Assembly: GCA_965261395.1 (NCBI GenBank)
Contig: OZ253462.1
Location: 3,744,001-3,808,000, forward strand
Origin: Candidatus Latescibacterota bacterium
GTDB taxonomy: Bacteria; Latescibacterota; UBA2968; UBA8231
DNA: 64,000 nucleotides
Direction: 5' to 3'
Positions 59,099 to 64,000 of the stretch are shown piece by piece (position 1 is the first letter of the stretch; each line of letters begins with the position of its first letter). The notes under the pieces were generated by a model. The model saw only the letters and a program-made list of their open reading frames with translations. It was not told the DNA's origin and ran no database searches. A program made the translations under genes and the position numbers.

Positions 59099-62000
59099 AT
59101 GGCGTGTAGGTTATTCCTTTTCCTTGTCCTCGTCCTCCCTTCCCAAGTCCTAGCCGCCGAGTTTGCCTGCGCGGCGTTGGAGCCGTCAGCGCGACGGGTT
59201 GCGCAGACGCCGGAGCATCTGAGCGCGCTGGTTATATTTTCGCAGTTCCAGAACGAGGGTGCCCCTGCCACTGCACCCTCTTGGGCGAACGACCTTTTCG
59301 ACGCTGAGTTGCCCGGCAGTTTTGCTCACTTCTACCGCGAGATGTCGGGCGGACGGATCCATGTCGATGGCCAGGTGCTGCCTCGGCGCTACCGCTCGCG
59401 CATGGCAGCAGATACCTACTTGGCCGATACTCCAGGGGCCTTGGGCCAGTTTGGTCGCTTCAACTTGGAGATTCTCACAGCAGCCGACGCGGACGTCGAT
59501 TTGGGGCATTTCGACAATGACGGTCCCGACGGGGTACCCAACTCCGGCGACGACGACGGCTACGTCGATATCGTCTTTATCAATTTGCAGACCGCGCCCC
59601 GCGACTTCTTCGTCGGTGCGGCCACTGGCATCGCTAGTTTGGGGATGGACGCCGATTACATCAGCGGCGATCCGGCAGCCAGCGGCGGCTTTGTGCGGGT
59701 GCGGAGTCGCTTCACAGGTTTCAGTGGCACCACGCAGCGGGGCCACACCTTCAGCGTCACGGCCTCGACGATGTGCCACGAGTTCGCGCACATATTGGGG
59801 TTGCCCGATCTCTTCGATCAGACGGCGTTGACCGTGAGCGAGCTGGACCCGGAGGAGGACTCCGCGGGCATTGGCAATTGGGGGATCATGGGCTGGGGGA
59901 CGCTCGGTTGGGGCGTGGAAGATGGTCCCAACGCCTTTTCAGCTTGGTCGCTGGCCACCCTTGGTTGGGTCGAGGTGATAGAAGTGGAAGGGAGCGTCGA
60001 AGGGCTGGAGATCGGGGAGATCTTCAGCGATCGGAAGGCGTACAAAATTCCCCTGACCCAAGACGAGTACTTCCTGCTGGAACACCGGCGAGCTGGCGGT
60101 TCGTACTACAACCGCAATATCCCACAAGACGGCCTGCTCATCTGGCACGTAGACGAGCAGGCGGACAACGACGAGGAACGCCACAAACAGGTCGATTTAG
60201 TCTGTGCCGATGGACTTTTTGCCGACCAAGGCTTTCCCAACGGCGACCCCGATGCCGTGGAGGGACGGGACAATCTCGACTTCTGGGCACGGGACTTGGC
60301 GTACTCCTCGGCCCACAACGGTAACAAAGGCGACGCGACCGATCCCTTTGACGGCGTCCGCTTCCGCCGCTTCGCCTGGGACACGAACCCGGCCTTCAGC
60401 GGGCACACGGGCTTTGTGCGGAACTTGCCGTTGGGCATGGCCATAGAAAATATCCGCCCGCACGGCGCAGCCATGGTCGTCGATGTGGTGCGGCAGCAAC
60501 TCGTCGGCCACATTGTCGGCGACGCGACGTGGACGGGCCGGGTGGATTTGGACGGGGACGTGATCGTGGCACCGGGCGCAACACTGACCATTGATACCGA
60601 TGCGGAGATCCGCTTTGCCCGCGGCGATGCGCAGGACACGGGGTTTGATCCAGACCGCAGTGAGTTGATCGTCTATGGCGATCTCAAAATTGGGGAGGGC
60701 GCATCTTTTAAGTCGAGTGCGACACGCACCGGGCCCTTGGACTGGTCGGGTATTTATTTGCTCGACGGCCAAGCGGTCGATCCAGCGGCCATCGCGATTG
60801 AACACGCCCATCGTGGGATTATCGGCTTCCGCCTACCCCCGGGACGGACGCAGTGGCTGGACGAGCAGGCCGTGTACGCGGATTTGCTGGTGCCGGCCGG
60901 GTCTGAACTGCACATCGGTCCGAGCAGTGTGTCCTTTCCTCGCTTTGATCTCAGCCGGCGCGGCGTGTCCCCGGACTTCGCCGAGCTGATCGTGGAAGGC
61001 GCGTTGACGATTGAGGGGATGGCCGGAGATCGGGCACAGCTAACCACTGATCCCGGCCCGGACAACGACGGCTTGTGGTATGGCATTCGCGTGCTGCCGG
61101 GTGCCCAAGTCGAGGTGCAGCACGCCGAGCTAACGCGCACGGCTTTTGCCTTTAGCGGCGAGATTGACGAGGTGACGACCCTGCGCATCGCCGACTCCGC
61201 GGTGAGCGAAAGCGGCGGCAACGGCTTGCTGCTGAGGCTAAACGGTCAAGCACAGGTAGATCGGACTCAGTTTACGTTCATCTCTGGCCCGGCCGTGTTC
61301 ATCGCCGGCAGCGGGCAACTCGCGCTGCGCAACGTCACCATTGAGGGCAATGGCCAAGAGGGGATCTTGCTCAATAACGCATCCTTAGAGGCCATCCGCG
61401 TCGCCGTAATCGACAACGGCCAGCTCGACCCAGACGACCCACGGACTGGGGTGCGGGCCATAGGCGGCCGCGGCCAGCGCATCGAGATGTGGAAGTCGCA
61501 GATTGAGCAAAACACCGCGCACGGCATGGATTTGGAGGAGTGGCTGGGCGAGGTGGAATTGCACGACAGCCGCATTGTTGGCAACCAAGGCGATGGCTTG
61601 CGCGCCGGGGGTGCGGCGCGTTTGGTCCTTGCGCAGGTACTGGTCGAGCGCAACTTGCGCGTCGGTGCCGAAATCGCCGGGTCGCTGGTGGAGATATGGA
61701 ATTCGACGTTTAGGGCCCATGTTACTGCGGGTCTGCGCTTAGGGTTGGGGACGAGAGGGGTAATCGAGATGAGCGCGTTTGTCGGGGGCCGGGGTTTGGA
61801 GCTAGCCGGCGTGGAGGCGCTGGAGATTCGTGCCAGCGAGTTTGTCCGTGGGACGCCGGCCATCCAATCCGTGGATTCTGCGCCGCATATCGTCGGCAAC
61901 CGCTTTGCCGACAATGCCGTGGCCATCCGGGTCGAAGGGCGACGGGTGCCGCTGGGGATCCACGGCAACACCTTTGCCAACAACTCCACGGCCATTGAGA

Positions 62001-62422
62001 ACTTGAGCACCGAGGAGCTGAACGCCCAAGACAACTACTGGAGCGGGGCCGACAGCGCGGCTATTGCCGCGCAGATCGAGGGCGCGGTGGCGTGGACGCC
62101 GTTTCGCACGGAGGAAGGAGTGTCCAAGGCGGTGGTCCTGCCTGCCGACTTCGCACTACATCCGGCCTATCCCAATCCCTTCAACGCCGAGGTCGCGCTG
62201 TCGTTTGACCTGCCGAAGGCGGCGGCGGTCGGCCTAGTGCTCTACGATGCGCTGGGCCGGCCTGTGCGCCATCTTGTGGATGGGCCGTTAGCGGCTGGTC
62301 GCTATCGGTTTGTCTGGGATGGGCGCGACCGAGGCGGGCAGGCGGTGGCTTCGGGGATTTACTTTTATCGCTTGGCGGCGGATTCGTTTGTCGCGGTGGG
62401 CCGCTTGGCCTTGGTGCGTTGA
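59099..62422 (+). CDS. Secreted M6-family metalloprotease with beta-helix repeats and a C-terminal FlgD-Ig-like domain
   Basis: HEFAHILGLPDLFD, EYFLLE.R, GLLIWHVDE, YPNPFN...WDGRD..G..VASGIYFYRL. Confidence 0.88.
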   Translation: MACRLFLFLVLVLPSQVLAAEFACAALEPSARRVAQTPEHLSALVIFSQFQNEGAPATAPSWANDLFDAELPGSFAHFYREMSGGRIHVDGQVLPRRYRSRMAADTYLADTPGALGQFGRFNLEILTAADADVDLGHFDNDGPDGVPNSGDDDGYVDIVFINLQTAPRDFFVGAATGIASLGMDADYISGDPAASGGFVRVRSRFTGFSGTTQRGHTFSVTASTMCHEFAHILGLPDLFDQTALTVSELDPEEDSAGIGNWGIMGWGTLGWGVEDGPNAFSAWSLATLGWVEVIEVEGSVEGLEIGEIFSDRKAYKIPLTQDEYFLLEHRRAGGSYYNRNIPQDGLLIWHVDEQADNDEERHKQVDLVCADGLFADQGFPNGDPDAVEGRDNLDFWARDLAYSSAHNGNKGDATDPFDGVRFRRFAWDTNPAFSGHTGFVRNLPLGMAIENIRPHGAAMVVDVVRQQLVGHIVGDATWTGRVDLDGDVIVAPGATLTIDTDAEIRFARGDAQDTGFDPDRSELIVYGDLKIGEGASFKSSATRTGPLDWSGIYLLDGQAVDPAAIAIEHAHRGIIGFRLPPGRTQWLDEQAVYADLLVPAGSELHIGPSSVSFPRFDLSRRGVSPDFAELIVEGALTIEGMAGDRAQLTTDPGPDNDGLWYGIRVLPGAQVEVQHAELTRTAFAFSGEIDEVTTLRIADSAVSESGGNGLLLRLNGQAQVDRTQFTFISGPAVFIAGSGQLALRNVTIEGNGQEGILLNNASLEAIRVAVIDNGQLDPDDPRTGVRAIGGRGQRIEMWKSQIEQNTAHGMDLEEWLGEVELHDSRIVGNQGDGLRAGGAARLVLAQVLVERNLRVGAEIAGSLVEIWNSTFRAHVTAGLRLGLGTRGVIEMSAFVGGRGLELAGVEALEIRASEFVRGTPAIQSVDSAPHIVGNRFADNAVAIRVEGRRVPLGIHGNTFANNSTAIENLSTEELNAQDNYWSGADSAAIAAQIEGAVAWTPFRTEEGVSKAVVLPADFALHPAYPNPFNAEVALSFDLPKAAAVGLVLYDALGRPVRHLVDGPLAAGRYRFVWDGRDRGGQAVASGIYFYRLAADSFVAVGRLALVR

Positions 62423-62545
62423 GAGGCCAAGCGGGTACGTGAGCTGTCAGCAAGTGGGCGACAGGAGAAAGTTCTTCAGATCCGCACGGGAGACGGCGGT
62501 ATCGAATCCGACATCGCAGGGACGAGGAAGCCTTGGGACGCTGGA

Positions 62546-63685
62546 TTAGGGTAGCCCTACTTCGCAGCAGAAGGTAGAAAACGGCAGAACGCGCGTGTTG
62601 GTGGTGGCGTTGCCAAAGTCTTTTGTGCCGAGGTGTACCTGATAGAATCGTGGAATATCTGTTCGCTCCCTGAAGTACCGGCAGGTGGGCGCAGCGTTTC
62701 GCTCACCGCTTTTGCACTCTACGGCGAATTCCGCCCTGCCATCGCGGAGAACGACGAAGTCCACCTCGCGCTTGTCGGTATCGCGAATGAAGCGCAATTC
62801 CATCTCATGCCCTTCGGTATCTTCGACATAGTGGCAGTACTTCAGCAGATGGCCAGCCACCATGTTCTCAAATCGAGCACCCCGGTCGGCCACGCGCGAC
62901 CAGTCCCAGAAATACAGCTTTTTCTCCTTGCGGACAGCCCGGACCCGCTTGGCTCCAAACGGCGGAATGCGGTAGCACAGGTACAGCCGTTCAAAGATCG
63001 TCAGCCAGCGCTCGACGGTTTCATACGCCACTTGTAGCAGTTTGCTGAGGCTGTTGACCGAAAGAGGGGAGCCTACGCACGCCGGCAAGTGCGACAGCAG
63101 CAATTCTAGCATGGACACCTCGCGGACATTCTCCAGATCGCGGAGGTCTTCATAGAGGACTCTTGCGGAATGCTCGCGCAGCCAGCGGCGCTGAAAGCGC
63201 TCCTCGCCCCTGAGAAAAGGCTCGGGGAAACCGCCAAACCTGAGTAATTGTTCCACGAGTGCGTCATCGGGTGCCCGCCCGTATTCCATTGCCGTGAACG
63301 GATGAAGCCGGTAGTAGTGATACCGGCCCTGCAAGGAGTCGCCGCCTTTGCGATAGTAATCCAGACGCGCCGAGCCGGTGACGATGAAGGAAACGGCGCT
63401 CTTGTTCTTGTCGAATAATCCCTTCATCAGGTTGCGCCAGCGCGCGTACTTGTGAATCTCGTCAAAAATGACGCGGGTCTGATCAGCGGGAAGTCGCTCG
63501 GCCAGAATGTCCTCGCGATCGGCCAACACATCCCAGTTCAGATAAGCTGGCGACGATTCGTCTTGGCCGCGGTCCAGTAGAGATAGGGCGAGGGTTGTTT
63601 TGCCAACTTGGCGTGGCCCGCCGATGAATACCATCCTGTCCGCAAGATCCGCTTCAAGACTATCTTTGATATAGCGCGGCTCCAT
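62546..63685 (-). CDS. AAA_14 ATPase with DUF4143 nuclease-like domain
   Basis: GPRQVGKTT, FDEIH, TGSA, FEN, REVDF, AVECK. Confidence 0.92.
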   Translation of the reverse strand: MEPRYIKDSLEADLADRMVFIGGPRQVGKTTLALSLLDRGQDESSPAYLNWDVLADREDILAERLPADQTRVIFDEIHKYARWRNLMKGLFDKNKSAVSFIVTGSARLDYYRKGGDSLQGRYHYYRLHPFTAMEYGRAPDDALVEQLLRFGGFPEPFLRGEERFQRRWLREHSARVLYEDLRDLENVREVSMLELLLSHLPACVGSPLSVNSLSKLLQVAYETVERWLTIFERLYLCYRIPPFGAKRVRAVRKEKKLYFWDWSRVADRGARFENMVAGHLLKYCHYVEDTEGHEMELRFIRDTDKREVDFVVLRDGRAEFAVECKSGERNAAPTCRYFRERTDIPRFYQVHLGTKDFGNATTNTRVLPFSTFCCEVGLP

Positions 63686-63714
63686 CCTGCTGACTTTCTC
63701 GATTATTGCGTTGT

Positions 63715-63738
63715 TATTTTAGATTGTACTCTAAAATA
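63715..63738. promoter_or_regulatory. Palindromic putative operator upstream of the AAA_14 gene
   Basis: TATTTTAGA-N6-TCTAAAATA. Confidence 0.5.
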
Positions 63739-64000
63739 CTCATGAGTGTTTCAGAGTCAACAGGAAAACGAGGATATGGAGTCGAGTGGTAGGAATCGAC
63801 GCTAGCAACCCACTAGTGGATTGCCGGAGTCGGGGTGAGTGGATAGCTGAGCAGAGGCTATTTGCAATAGATCGCAGATTGTAAATATGTACTTGCATAT
63901 CAAGCCTACGACCGTGGAGGATTGTTCATAGGGCAGCCTATGGCTCCTCTGTGCCAAGAGGCGGGAGCGAAGACCGCGCAACTGCTGGAAGACTACTTGG

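Noticed and set aside
63940-64000. Possible gene start at the window end
   Set aside because: Only 20 codons are visible with no recognisable motif.

Overview
High-GC bacterial chromosome segment with lower-GC accessory islands. The gene content (UBact proteasome, many beta-propeller and LRR proteins, FlgD-type C-terminal domain) suggests a poorly characterised diderm lineage such as Latescibacterota/Handelsmanbacteria or Poribacteria, possibly host-associated; this is inference only. (1) Positions 1-28286 hold a minus-strand cluster with a GriC/EhpF-like adenylating enzyme, a GriD/EhpG-like reductase, an Fe-dependent alcohol dehydrogenase, a HemN-like radical SAM enzyme, six signal-peptide-bearing PQQ-like beta-propellers and a TonB receptor. 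Two inserted islands (about 7.9-9.8 kb and 12.3-23.6 kb) split it. This is the best candidate for an undescribed pathway. (2) The larger island carries a TonB receptor, nested IS4/IS5 elements, a multiubiquitin/E2-E1/DUF6527-like operon, an HsdR_N-like nuclease and a putative toxin plus IrrE-like pair. (3) Across the window many toxin genes and one restriction gene are disabled while their antitoxin or methylase partners remain. (4) A complete arc-dop-ubact-prcB-prcA-pafA operon lies at 48-54.4 kb. (5) The rest includes cysS, lepB, catabolic enzymes, an LRR lipoprotein, a kinase, an Rpn nuclease with an internal start and an M6 protease. No rRNA, tRNA or CRISPR array was seen. Family assignments come from motif recognition, not database searches.
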